Positions 1-9,415 of a stretch of DNA of 64,000 nucleotides are shown piece by piece; the stretch's first letter is position 1; each line of letters opens with the position of its first letter. The DNA is taken from assembly GCA_021811735.1 (NCBI GenBank), contig JAJZNK010000025.1:69400-133399 (forward strand), given 5' to 3'. The notes under the pieces were generated by a model. It was not told the DNA's origin, made no database searches, and saw only the letters and a program-made list of their open reading frames with translations. This stretch comes from Nanobdellota archaeon. Its GTDB lineage: Archaea > Nanobdellota > Nanobdellia > Parvarchaeales > Parvarchaeaceae. The translations under genes were made by a program, and so were the position numbers.

Positions 1-235
1 CAAAGTAAATTTTTATACCGTCCAGCTTTACGTTTCCCATTGCATCTTTTATAAATTGGGGAGGAGTCGTCTCCGTAAACTCCATCGCGGCCTGACTGGG
101 ATTGTAGAAACCTATAGCGAGATAATTATCACCGAATTCTCTTTTCATGTAAGAAGATTTAGAGGTCAAAACGGTCCATATACCCCCCACCTTGTTTCCG
201 GCTTCAAAGGACACTTCGACAAGAAACTTCTCCAT
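1..235 (-). CDS. Glycogen synthase, GT3 family (5' part; runs off the window)
   Basis: Manual translation MEKFLVEVSFEAGNKVGGIWTVLTSKS matches the GT3 N-terminal EVSxExxNKVGGIxTV motif; absent from the ORF track because it is truncated. Confidence 0.8.
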   Translation of the reverse strand, partial: MEKFLVEVSFEAGNKVGGIWTVLTSKSSYMKREFGDNYLAIGFYNPSQAAMEFTETTPPQFIKDAMGNVKLDGIKIYF

Positions 236-303
236 TTTATTGATAAGAATCAGCACAATAAAAACCTATAAAAGTTTTAATTCTGCAGCGTGCACTATAG
301 AGT

Positions 304-1224
304 GTGGTAGAAAAAGTTATTATAATAGGCTCCGGTCCAGCAGGTTACACTGCGGCAATATACGCTTCACGAGATGGTCTCAATCCGTTACTTATTCGTG
401 GTTTTGAGGTGGGTGGTCAGCTTATGCTGACTTCAGAAGTCGAGAATTTTCCTGGCTTCAAGTCTATACTCGGGCCGAATCTGATGGATACTCTGGCAGA
501 GCAAGTAAAGGGACTCAAGTGCAATATCGTGGATGATAATGTGTCGAAGGTAGATCTCTCGACCTACCCATACAAGGTCTACGTAGGTGATAAAGTGTAC
601 GAGGGATATTCTGTGATAATATCAACCGGCGCATCGGCAAGATGGCTTGAGTTAGAAAATGAGAAGAGACTCATAGGGAAGGGAGTATCTGGCTGCGCAG
701 TCTGTGACGGTGCATTCTTCAAGAATAAAAAAGTAGTCGTAGTTGGCGGCGGAGATAGTGCAATGGAGGACGCCAGCTATCTTGCAACTCTTACCGATTC
801 AGTCACGTTGATACACAGAAAGCATGAATTCAGGGCGAGCAAAATAATGCAGGATAGGGTACTTTTGAATAAGAAGATAAATGTAATTTGGGACAGTGAA
901 GTGATAGATGTTCTGGGTAAAGAACACGTGGAAGGCGTCAGGATAAGGAATCTACAAACAAAAGAGGAGAAAGACATACCGACAGGCGGACTGTTTCTGG
1001 CCATAGGGCACAATCCAAATACCAAGATTTTCAATGGACAGCTTGATGTTGACGAAGAAGGATACATAAAAACTCACGATCTCACTAAAACTAGCAAGGA
1101 AGGAATCTTCGCAGCCGGGGACGTTCAGGACAGAAAATACAAGCAAGCTGTTATCGCTGCGGGATGGGGAAGCATGTGCGCAATCGATGCAAGAAAATTC
1201 CTCGGCGAAAAAAACTTAAATTGA
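304..1224 (+). CDS. trxB: Thioredoxin-disulfide reductase
   Basis: GSGPAG FAD motif, CAVC active site, GGGDSA NADPH motif, AAGD. Confidence 0.95.
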   Translation: MVEKVIIIGSGPAGYTAAIYASRDGLNPLLIRGFEVGGQLMLTSEVENFPGFKSILGPNLMDTLAEQVKGLKCNIVDDNVSKVDLSTYPYKVYVGDKVYEGYSVIISTGASARWLELENEKRLIGKGVSGCAVCDGAFFKNKKVVVVGGGDSAMEDASYLATLTDSVTLIHRKHEFRASKIMQDRVLLNKKINVIWDSEVIDVLGKEHVEGVRIRNLQTKEEKDIPTGGLFLAIGHNPNTKIFNGQLDVDEEGYIKTHDLTKTSKEGIFAAGDVQDRKYKQAVIAAGWGSMCAIDARKFLGEKNLN

Positions 1225-2187
1225 GAGTTTGGCTTCCTTGAATTTTTTCGCATATTCTTCTGGCACTGTGGTATTTACGAAGACGTTTTGTCCAAGTTCT
1301 ATTCCTGCGAAATCGGCTAGTCTAGGGTATAACTCTATGTGCATGTGGTAATCCTTTTCGTTTCTGTTTTCATGTATTACAAAATTATAGGAATGTTTCC
1401 CAAATAGTTTTATATTAGTCCTTATTATGCTTTTCAGTGCCTCGACTAGATCCTCTTTTTCCTGTTCGTCCAGGTCCATTATATAGTTTACATGTCTTTT
1501 TGGTAGCAGCATGGATTCTCCAGCTATTCTCGAACCGTATGGGGCTATTGCGGTTATCTTCTCGGTTTCGAACAGAATCCTTTCGCTCTCCTTCTTAAGC
1601 GAGTCTTCATAAAGGCAGGAATTATTTTCATTTTCGTATTTTTTCGCTCTTTCTATTTCCAATGCAGGAGTACCGAGAAGTTCCGGCCATGCTATTATCT
1701 GTGTATGCGAATGTCCTATGCTCGCTCCGCCCTTTGCACCAGAATTCTTGAAGACCATTACATGCTTTATGTAGTTTCTCGAATACAAGTCCTCTTCCCT
1801 TTCTATGAGTGTGTTGAGCCATTCTAGTGATTTTTTGGTGTCCATCTCCTCGAACTTCTCGAAATGATTGGGAGTTTCTATCTCGACTTCGTTGTATCCG
1901 TATCCTGATATTGAAGAAAAAAACCCTTTTTCATATTCTAAAGGGGTGGATCCGCTGAGTTCCGGGAATTTATTTCTTATAACCATCGTGGTCCACGGTT
2001 CGTTGACGTGCATTATCTCCAGGTTCTTTTGATCAACAGTGTCCCTTTCAAACGGACAGTCTTCAAGATTCGAAGAGGCCTCGTCCTTCACTTCCAATTC
2101 TTCGGGCCTGTGCGTCCTGCCCGGCACTATTATGGAATAATATCCCGTTCTATAGTCTGTCCTTATATTGCTCTCCTGAACGTCCAT
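1216..2187 (-). CDS. galT: Galactose-1-phosphate uridylyltransferase (HIT-like GalT)
   Basis: RxxRP, CPF, NKFP and FKNxGxxGGASIxHSHTQ motifs. Confidence 0.9.
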   Translation of the reverse strand: MDVQESNIRTDYRTGYYSIIVPGRTHRPEELEVKDEASSNLEDCPFERDTVDQKNLEIMHVNEPWTTMVIRNKFPELSGSTPLEYEKGFFSSISGYGYNEVEIETPNHFEKFEEMDTKKSLEWLNTLIEREEDLYSRNYIKHVMVFKNSGAKGGASIGHSHTQIIAWPELLGTPALEIERAKKYENENNSCLYEDSLKKESERILFETEKITAIAPYGSRIAGESMLLPKRHVNYIMDLDEQEKEDLVEALKSIIRTNIKLFGKHSYNFVIHENRNEKDYHMHIELYPRLADFAGIELGQNVFVNTTVPEEYAKKFKEAKLSI

Positions 2188-2271
2188 TTTATTTTAATTG
2201 TCCGCTGATATTTATACCTGAAATACATTTTTCAATCATAGTTTGTTAGGAAAAACAGAGGGGAAGAAAAC

Positions 2272-2306
2272 TTTAAATATGACGTTGATATCTATTACAG
2301 ATATCA
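2272..2306 (+). promoter_or_regulatory. Thermosome promoter TATA box with downstream palindromic candidate operator
   Basis: TTTAAATA at 2272-2279, TGATATCT-N5-AGATATCA at 2286-2306, GGAGGT RBS before ATG 2356. Confidence 0.55.
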
Positions 2307-2355
2307 GTGTTGCATAACGCTGTATATTATAAAATATCTTATAGGAGGTACAAAT

Positions 2356-3996
2356 ATGGCAGAAGGAATTCAACCAATTTTCATCTTACCAGAAGGTTAT
2401 AACAGAACCAGCGGGAAGGATGCACAGAGAAATAACATAGCAGCAGCCAAGGCGGTAGCCAACGCGGTCAAGTCCACTTTAGGTCCGAGAGGAATGGACA
2501 AGATGCTTGTAGATAATATAGGAGACATAACTATAACAAACGACGGAGTTACGGTTCTAAAGAGCATGGATATAGAAAATCCTGCGGCAAAGATGATAGT
2601 TGAAGTCGCGAAAACCCAGGAAGAGGAGGTCGGAGACGGTACAACGACTGCAGTTATAATAGCAGGTGAACTCCTTAAGAACGCGGAGACTCTTCTCGAC
2701 CAAAGTATACATCCTACGCTTGTTGCAAGAGGATATAGGCTTGCGTCAAATAAATCACAGGAAATACTCGATAAAATCAAGCTGCAGCTTAATCTTTCAA
2801 GCAAAGAGGACCTGGGCAGGATAGTGAAGACTGCGATAATAGGGAAGAGCACAGGTGCAGATTCGCATGTTATCTCTCTTATAGTGGATGCGGTACAGCA
2901 CGTTAAATCCATGTCAGGCAAAAGCGATACTATAGACTTAGATGACATAAAGGTTGAAAAGAAAGTGGGTGGCGGACTCCTCGATTCAAGACTTGTTAGT
3001 GGAGTCATAATAGACAAAGAGAAGGTGCACCCAGATATGCCAGATGAGGTCAAGAACGCAAAGGTAGCCCTGTTGAACCTTGCTCTTGAAATAGAAAAGA
3101 CAAATATCGATGCACAGATAAGGATAGAAAAGCCAGAACAATTACAAGCGTTCCTGGATGAAGAAGAGAACATGCTTAAGGAGATGGTAGAGAAGATAAA
3201 GGCTTCAGGTGCGAACGTAGTGGTAGTACAGAAAGGAATAGACGACGCAGCACAGCACTTCCTTTCAAAAGCAGGGATACTTGCATTTAGAAGAGTATCT
3301 GAAGGAGACATGAAGAAGATTGGTAAGGCAACGGGTGCAAAGATTGTCGCTACTTTAGATGAACTTGGCAAGGATAGTCTTGGCGACGCAGGGTTGGTAC
3401 ACGTTGAAAAGCTTGCCGGCGAAACGCTTGCACTTATAGAGGAATGCAAGAATCCAAAGGCGGTTACGATTTTGATAAGAGGAGGAACCGAGCATGTGGT
3501 CGACGAAATACAGAGAGCAGTGGACGATAGTCTGGGAGACCTAAAATCAGTCATAGAGGATGGCGGGTCTATAGTCGCTGGCGGCGGAGCAGGGGAACTT
3601 GAAGTTTCTAAAGAACTCAGGGACTTTGCAAAGGGACTTGAGGGGAGAGAACAGCTGGCCGTGAATGCGTTTGCAGATGCTCTTGAGGTGGTTCCAAAGA
3701 CGCTATCCGAAAATGCAGGTCTTGATCCTATAGACATATTGGTTGAACTGAGAGCTGAGCATCAGAAGGGAAAAACCTGGGCAGGTGTCAATCTGCTTGA
3801 TGTATACAAGCCACAGGTATCTGATATGTACAAGGAAGGAGTAATCGAGCCTTTAAGGACGAAAAAACAGGCAATAAAGAGTGCAAGTGAAGTTGCAGTT
3901 ATGATCCTTAGAATAGACGATATAATAGCAGCAGGCAAGTCGGCAAGCCAACAGCCGCCGATGCCACCTGGTGGAATGGGAGGTTATGGAGATTAG
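2356..3996 (+). CDS. ths: Thermosome (group II chaperonin) subunit
   Basis: TLGPRGMDKM, TNDG and GDGTTT motifs, GGM tail. Confidence 0.97.
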   Translation: MAEGIQPIFILPEGYNRTSGKDAQRNNIAAAKAVANAVKSTLGPRGMDKMLVDNIGDITITNDGVTVLKSMDIENPAAKMIVEVAKTQEEEVGDGTTTAVIIAGELLKNAETLLDQSIHPTLVARGYRLASNKSQEILDKIKLQLNLSSKEDLGRIVKTAIIGKSTGADSHVISLIVDAVQHVKSMSGKSDTIDLDDIKVEKKVGGGLLDSRLVSGVIIDKEKVHPDMPDEVKNAKVALLNLALEIEKTNIDAQIRIEKPEQLQAFLDEEENMLKEMVEKIKASGANVVVVQKGIDDAAQHFLSKAGILAFRRVSEGDMKKIGKATGAKIVATLDELGKDSLGDAGLVHVEKLAGETLALIEECKNPKAVTILIRGGTEHVVDEIQRAVDDSLGDLKSVIEDGGSIVAGGGAGELEVSKELRDFAKGLEGREQLAVNAFADALEVVPKTLSENAGLDPIDILVELRAEHQKGKTWAGVNLLDVYKPQVSDMYKEGVIEPLRTKKQAIKSASEVAVMILRIDDIIAAGKSASQQPPMPPGGMGGYGD

Positions 3997-3997
3997 T

Positions 3998-4234
3998 ATG
4001 TCAGAAAATGTTTTGAGTAGACCCTTGGATTTATTGAATTCTGCGAAGGGAAAGATGGTATTAGTGGAGCTTAAGAATGGTCACGCCATAACCGGTAAGC
4101 TTATAGCTTTTGATGTCCACATAAACGTTACTCTGGAGAACGCAGAGGAAAAGAAGGATGTTGATACCCTAAGAAAACTTGGAAATGTTTTTATACGGGG
4201 TGACACCATTATCCTTATATCCCCAACAATATGA
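3998..4234 (+). CDS. Sm-like archaeal protein (SmAP/Lsm)
   Basis: RPLD, GKLxAFDxHxN and IRGD Sm motifs; upstream of rpl37e as usual. Confidence 0.92.
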   Translation: MSENVLSRPLDLLNSAKGKMVLVELKNGHAITGKLIAFDVHINVTLENAEEKKDVDTLRKLGNVFIRGDTIILISPTI

Positions 4235-4416
4235 CGACAGCATCGATGGGTTTGCACAATAGAAAACAACCACATGTACGGTGTAGAAGGTGCGGCAAAG
4301 AGTCTTATTTAAAACGAAAGCATTACTGTTCTCATTGCGGGTATGGAAAAACTGCAAAGATAAAGGCTCATGCCTGGAATAATAAGACAGTGAACGGAAA
4401 AAGAAAGGATAATTAA
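4231..4416 (+). CDS. rpl37e: 50S ribosomal protein L37e
   Basis: HxRCRRCG...CxxCGYG zinc finger. Confidence 0.93.
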   Translation: MTTASMGLHNRKQPHVRCRRCGKESYLKRKHYCSHCGYGKTAKIKAHAWNNKTVNGKRKDN

Positions 4417-5133
4417 ATGTCAGCAAAGATAAAGGCGAAAGCTATAATATTTGATTTTGACAACACACTTGTGGATACACATTCCGCTATAAACGGCGCA
4501 TATTCCGTAATAATAACAAGGTTAGCGGAAAGATTCAATCTAGGACACGAACTCTTGAAAGAAAAGCTTTTCGCCGCCCAGAAGGAAGTTATAGATAATA
4601 TACCGCTCGAAAAAAGAAACTATGACCGAAAAAAAGTCGTAAGCAGGCTTAACAAGGACATGAACTTAGGATTGAACGATAAGGAAATAGATGAGCTTGC
4701 AGAACTATTTTATTATTTTATACTCGAAAAGGTAACCTATCCAGAGTATACAGAAAGTGTGCTTGAAGCGCTTAAAACTAAAGGCAAAAAGCTCGGTCTA
4801 CTTACGGATTCAGACGTCAGACCTGGTTTGAAGAAACAGAGACTAAACAAACTGGGATTCATTGGGCTGTTTGATGTGGTAATGATAGCAGGTGAAACGA
4901 TACCACAAAAGAAAAACAGTCCGATACCATTTTTGGAAGTCTCCAGACTTCTAGAGGTAAAACCTGCGGATATTTTAGTGGTTGGGGACAGGATGGACGC
5001 AGATATAGACAACGCCAAAGAAGCCGGCATGATGGCAGCTTTGATTGATAGATTTCTGCCCCCTAATACCGGAGTACACCAGCCCGACGTTCATATACAT
5101 GATATAAAGGAGTTGCTAGATATAGTTGAGTAG
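4417..5133 (+). CDS. HAD-superfamily hydrolase
   Basis: FDFDNTL motif I; VGDRxxxDI motif. Confidence 0.9.
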   Translation: MSAKIKAKAIIFDFDNTLVDTHSAINGAYSVIITRLAERFNLGHELLKEKLFAAQKEVIDNIPLEKRNYDRKKVVSRLNKDMNLGLNDKEIDELAELFYYFILEKVTYPEYTESVLEALKTKGKKLGLLTDSDVRPGLKKQRLNKLGFIGLFDVVMIAGETIPQKKNSPIPFLEVSRLLEVKPADILVVGDRMDADIDNAKEAGMMAALIDRFLPPNTGVHQPDVHIHDIKELLDIVE

Positions 5134-5181
5134 GTCTGTTTTTACCCCAATCTTAATAAATACTAATATCCTTAATCTCTA

Positions 5182-6324
5182 ATGGAAGAGCTCAAGATGA
5201 CGCCTTGGGATGTAAGCGGCGAACTGAATGACAGCGCTTACACAAAGCTGGTTGAAAAATTCGGCGTCGATCTTATAAATGAGAAGTTAATAGAAAGGAT
5301 TGGAAAAATAGCAAAAGGCAAAATTCATCCGTTTCTAAAACGAAGTATATTCTTCGCACATAGAGAGCTTAATCTGGTTTTGGACGATTATGAAAAAGGC
5401 AGGCCGTTTTATTTATACACCGGAAGAGGTCCGTCCGGAAAGATGCATATAGGACACTTATTGCCATTCTCATTTACACTTTGGCTGCAGAAGACCTTCG
5501 ACGTTCACCTGCTGATACAGCTAACTGATGACGAGAAGTTCATGGTTAAAGACATCTCTAAAACTGCAATAGAAAAGTATACAAATGAAAACATAATCGA
5601 TATACTGAGTCTCGGGTTCGATCCTAAGAAAACTCATATTATAAAGGATTACGAAAGCGCAAAAATGATGTATTACTACGCGACAGATGTCGCTAAGCAC
5701 GTGACGTTTTCAACAGTAAAGGCGGTTTTCGGTGTAACTGACAGTGACAATATAGGCAAGGTTTTTTTCCCTTCGATGCAGATCGTTCCGGCTTTTCTTC
5801 TTTCAGCATTAACCGGCCAGAAAATGCGTTGTCTAATACCTTACGCAATAGATCAGGATCCGTATTTCAGGGTTGCAAGGGACGTTCTTCCAAAGCTTGG
5901 ATATTACAAACCATCCGCTATAATCTCAAAATTCCTTCCCGCGTTGCAGGGCAGCTCAGCAAAGATGTCCTCCTCAAAGGAGGAAAGTGCAATATTTCTA
6001 GATGATAGTAGAGAAGTAGTACGAAAGAAGCTCATGAAATACGCATTTTCCGGTGGAAAGGACACTGCTGAAGAGCAGCGGAAGTACGGTGCAAATCCAG
6101 ATATGGATTTTTCATTCCTTGAATACAGCTTTTTGGAAGAAGACCAGAAAAAGGTAGATCAAGTCTACAACGATTATAAGTCGGGAAAGATATTAAGCGG
6201 CGAGATGAAAGAGATTGCAGCCAACAAGATATCCTCATTTTTGGAAACATTGTCTGATAACAGGGAGAAAGTAAAAGATAGAATAGATGATTATATACTT
6301 GATCCGAAAAAAATAAAGTTATAA
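5182..6324 (+). CDS. trpS: Tryptophanyl-tRNA synthetase
   Basis: YTGRGPS, HIGH, DQDPYFR, KMSSS. Confidence 0.96.
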   Translation: MEELKMTPWDVSGELNDSAYTKLVEKFGVDLINEKLIERIGKIAKGKIHPFLKRSIFFAHRELNLVLDDYEKGRPFYLYTGRGPSGKMHIGHLLPFSFTLWLQKTFDVHLLIQLTDDEKFMVKDISKTAIEKYTNENIIDILSLGFDPKKTHIIKDYESAKMMYYYATDVAKHVTFSTVKAVFGVTDSDNIGKVFFPSMQIVPAFLLSALTGQKMRCLIPYAIDQDPYFRVARDVLPKLGYYKPSAIISKFLPALQGSSAKMSSSKEESAIFLDDSREVVRKKLMKYAFSGGKDTAEEQRKYGANPDMDFSFLEYSFLEEDQKKVDQVYNDYKSGKILSGEMKEIAANKISSFLETLSDNREKVKDRIDDYILDPKKIKL

Positions 6325-6455
6325 CTTATTAAAATCAATACTATTCTAACAAAGGTGTCAGATACTCACCATTATACTGCATGTTTATATAAGTGTCTTT
6401 TAATTTTATTTAATTGACATAGTGTGCCTCAGCTATAGGCTTTGCTAACAAAGTA

Positions 6456-6501
6456 ACTTAATTAGCGGACTTTAGGAGCAGAATAAAGACTTTATTAGCA
6501 A
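6456..6501 (+). repeat. Left-end subterminal repeats (ACTTTATTAGCA-like, 3 copies)
   Basis: ACTTAATTAGCG 6456, ACTTTAGGAGCA 6469, ACTTTATTAGCAA 6489; variants of the TIR core. Confidence 0.75.
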
Positions 6502-6517
6502 ACTGCTTCTAGACCTA

Positions 6518-7267
6518 ATGATAAAATATACGCTTTATTTAGATGCAAGTGGTGACTTTGGTTGGAGACCTCCTTATGGCAATAGTCAGTCTAAATTTTA
6601 TGTACTTGCTGGTTTAGCTCTCACACCAGAAGCCGAGTATAAAGCAAAAACAGAACTGCCAAATATAGTGGATAAATATTTTACATCTAAACCTAAGGAA
6701 TTGAAATATACCTACATAATTTCAAATAAAATAGAACCTTTCAAATCTTTAGATGAAAATCAGCGTAAGGCATTGTCTGATGATATCTTTACTCTAATCT
6801 TAGAGATGTCCCCTATATTATTCGCTACGGTTGTTGATAAAGAGAAGTTAAAAGAAAGATATGGAGATAGAGCATATGACCCAAAATATTTATCTCTTAT
6901 TTCTACAATCTCTAGGTTTTCAATGATGTTAAAACGGAATTCAGACACGGGGCAGGTTATAATGGATGATGAACATGCTAGAAAGGATAAAGATTTGCAA
7001 AAAACAATACATAAATTACGTGCGAATGACACAATTATTAGAAGTAGGAATTATAACCCTCCTTCTATAGAACGTTTAGAGAGGATTACTAATAGCATTC
7101 TATTTAGCCATTCGGAAGCTAGTGAAGGAATACAGTTAGCAGATTTTATAGCAAAGGTAGTCTGGATTAAATATACACATGCAAAAATTAACAGATTCAT
7201 GCAAATAGAAAAACTTTTTGACCATAATGAATATAGATATTTCGACCCTTGTTTAATACCAAAATAG
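6518..7267 (+). CDS. DUF3800-family (RNase H-fold) protein
   Basis: N-terminal YLDASG, central D, C-terminal SxxSEGIQLADF motif. Confidence 0.85.
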   Translation: MIKYTLYLDASGDFGWRPPYGNSQSKFYVLAGLALTPEAEYKAKTELPNIVDKYFTSKPKELKYTYIISNKIEPFKSLDENQRKALSDDIFTLILEMSPILFATVVDKEKLKERYGDRAYDPKYLSLISTISRFSMMLKRNSDTGQVIMDDEHARKDKDLQKTIHKLRANDTIIRSRNYNPPSIERLERITNSILFSHSEASEGIQLADFIAKVVWIKYTHAKINRFMQIEKLFDHNEYRYFDPCLIPK

Positions 7268-7271
7268 AATA

Positions 7272-7325
7272 GAAGGAAAGGTGGTTACCTTTCAGCAACC
7301 AACGAGGTCAAGCAACCTCTCCTTT
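7272..7325 (+). ncRNA. Candidate DUF3800-associated structured RNA (3-way junction)
   Basis: AAGGA/TCCTT closing stem enclosing TGGTT..AACCA and GAGGT..ACCTC hairpins, immediately 3' of the DUF3800 gene. Confidence 0.6.
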
Positions 7326-7327
7326 GC

Positions 7328-7954
7328 CTAATGATTCGAATTCTTCGTTAAATTTAAATCTATCCCTAACTCATAAATTGCACTTATTAGCACCGTAATA
7401 TTATAGGCTATTAGCTTGCACAGCAACTCATTAACCTGCGCTATCTGGTTCTTGCTCTTTAGCATAGCACCGAACTTAGCCTTTATGGCAAAGAATGTGG
7501 TCTCCACATTAGATCTCTTGTGGTAATGCTCTAGAAATACCTCTTGATTAAGCTGGAAATAATGGTACATCTTACGCCATAACCACGCCTTACTACCACT
7601 ACGATAATTTGCAACAGTACTCTTCTTGAAAGGAATGTAAGGTACAGCTCCAACAGCATCAACAGCATTGAAATTGGCGAAAGAATTGTAAGCCTTATCC
7701 GCACTCATATTTTGAATGTCAAAGCCTAGTCTTGCGGTTTCATTGACAAGAGGTATAAACTGCGGACTATCCGCACCATGTTCATCGGTTATTACTGCAG
7801 TAGTTACTATATTGGTATTGTTTCCAGTCAAAGCGTGGCACTTGATCCATTTATGCTGTTTGTTTAATTTGTGCTTTATGTTGCAGTATTCGCTGAACTG
7901 AGTTGTCTCGAATCCCGTAGAATCCACACTAAAACTAGTCTCTACCGATTTCAA
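7328..7954 (-). pseudogene. IS5-family DDE transposase, N-terminally truncated
   Basis: VDSTG, ADKAY and YHKRSNVETTF catalytic motifs; no DNA-binding N-terminus; begins abruptly at LKSVET. Confidence 0.88.
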
Positions 7955-8251
7955 ATGCCAAATCTGTGGGACGCAGTTAAAGAAAGAAGGCTGGTCTGCG
8001 GAAATGTCCAGAATAAAAAATGGGGTTATCTATATGCAGAAACTGCGCATATAAAGAATATATCGCATTTCCCCCGATATGATGTGAAGGAGAATATGTT
8101 GTGTTTGTGCGCAAATTGCCATAAAAACTTAGATAATAAAATTTATAAATTATCCGAATCAAGCGGTAGATTCGTATGTGATGACATAATCAGCCATGTA
8201 AATTATAGTCTTGATGTAAAACCACAGCATGAATTGACTTTATTCCCGTAG
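7947..8251 (+). pseudogene. HNH endonuclease remnant (5'-truncated, frameshifted)
   Basis: DFKCQICG in one frame; ETAHIK...NMLCLCANCH in another; shift at the A6 run 8015-8020. Confidence 0.8.
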
Positions 8252-8265
8252 TTAGTGGATGCGCC

Positions 8266-8615
8266 TCATAACTCATGTTCCCATATTCTTACAACAGTCC
8301 AGCCTCCATCTTTCAAGGTTTTGGACACTTTTTCATCACGCACCTTATTTTTCTTTATTTTATTATCCAATAAATGGCATTGCTTTTCGGCCTTTTAAAA
8401 TGCCTAGGACATGCATGCCAGAAGCAACCATCTATGAAAACAGCGATTTTGTGCTTTTTATCAGCAAAGTCAGGATGCCCATATATACCTTCAGGATGGA
8501 AGACGAATCCTAGGCGCTTTAATATGTGCTTAAGGTGCTGTTCCGGAGCAGTGTTTTTGTTTTTTATCCTAGACATAGTATAACTTCTTTGTTTTTTTGT
8601 AAGATTATCAACCAT
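8266..8615 (-). pseudogene. vsr: Vsr very-short-patch repair endonuclease, frameshifted
   Basis: RSYTMSRIK, PD, FIDGCFWH; C-terminal KIKKNKVRD...GWTVVRIWEHEL continues in another frame after ~8367. Confidence 0.88.
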
Positions 8616-8766
8616 TATTTTATAAATAATTGAAGTAATTAATATCTGTTACGATGAAGCTGCAGCCCTGAACGGTTACAAGATATAGTAAGGTAAGGAT
8701 TAAGTAGCTAAATTTATTAGTAAAGCCATCTAGATAATAATATGAAATACCGTATAACCTATATAA

Positions 8767-9300
8767 TTGGATTTGGAAAGTTCGCTAATTGATATGGACA
8801 TATTAACTATATTGGGACAGGTCGGTCCGCTAATTTTAGCAACAGCAACTGCATTCATGGCTTATTTTACATATCTAGTCGTAAAAGAAGGTCGTAAACA
8901 AGATAATGTGCGTTTCTTAGAGAAGAGTCTCGAAGAGTTTTATGAACCATTAATAAATACTTTAAGAAATGGCCCATATTACGGTATAATGGATAAGGAT
9001 TTAAGTGAAGTAATACGCATTTTTATAAGCAAAAGATATTTGTGCAGTGCACAACTTGCGAATATACTGCCTTATACTGTAACTGATGTGTTTAGCGGTA
9101 CTCCTGTTTCAAGCATTGACAAGGGAACTGTATATACTTTTACAAAAGAAGAAGATTTTGATAAATGGAGACATGCTGCTGATAAGATATGGGAAGAGTA
9201 CTTAGAGAAAATAGAAGAATACTCAAAATCAGTGGGAACAACAATAGATATAAGTAAATTTAGTAAGCCAAGTTGGGCATCTCTGAAGCTAAAAAAGTAA
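8767..9300 (+). CDS. Hypothetical cargo protein with N-terminal TM helix
   Basis: 177-aa ORF with hydrophobic ILATATAFMAYFTYLVV; the start may be ATG 8794. Confidence 0.65.
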   Translation: MDLESSLIDMDILTILGQVGPLILATATAFMAYFTYLVVKEGRKQDNVRFLEKSLEEFYEPLINTLRNGPYYGIMDKDLSEVIRIFISKRYLCSAQLANILPYTVTDVFSGTPVSSIDKGTVYTFTKEEDFDKWRHAADKIWEEYLEKIEEYSKSVGTTIDISKFSKPSWASLKLKK

Positions 9301-9360
9301 CAATTTAATTGTTAGCCAACTCACAACATCCTAAAATCAAAAGATACCCAAAGATTAGTG

Positions 9361-9415
9361 ACTTTATTAGCAACTCGTCCTACTTTATTAGCAACTCGTC
9401 CTACTTTATTAGCAA
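9361..9415 (+). repeat. Right-end tandem 21-bp repeats (about 2.6 copies)
   Basis: ACTTTATTAGCAACTCGTCCT at 9361 and 9382, partial copy at 9403, adjacent to the right TIR. Confidence 0.92.

Noticed and set aside
56-407. Two 71-aa plus-strand ORFs
   Set aside because: They overlap the real minus-strand glycogen synthase start and trxB; no motifs
2397-3737. 446-aa antisense ORF
   Set aside because: Shadow of the thermosome gene; Ser-rich with no motifs
8642-8687. GATGA...CTGA within a weak stem (C/D-like sRNA) inside the transposon
   Set aside because: Only one box pair and an imperfect stem, with no identifiable target; it may just be divergent promoter DNA
9361-9415. Possible mini-CRISPR array
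   Set aside because: Units are identical tandem 21-mers with no unique spacers, no cas genes are present, and they match the transposon TIR core
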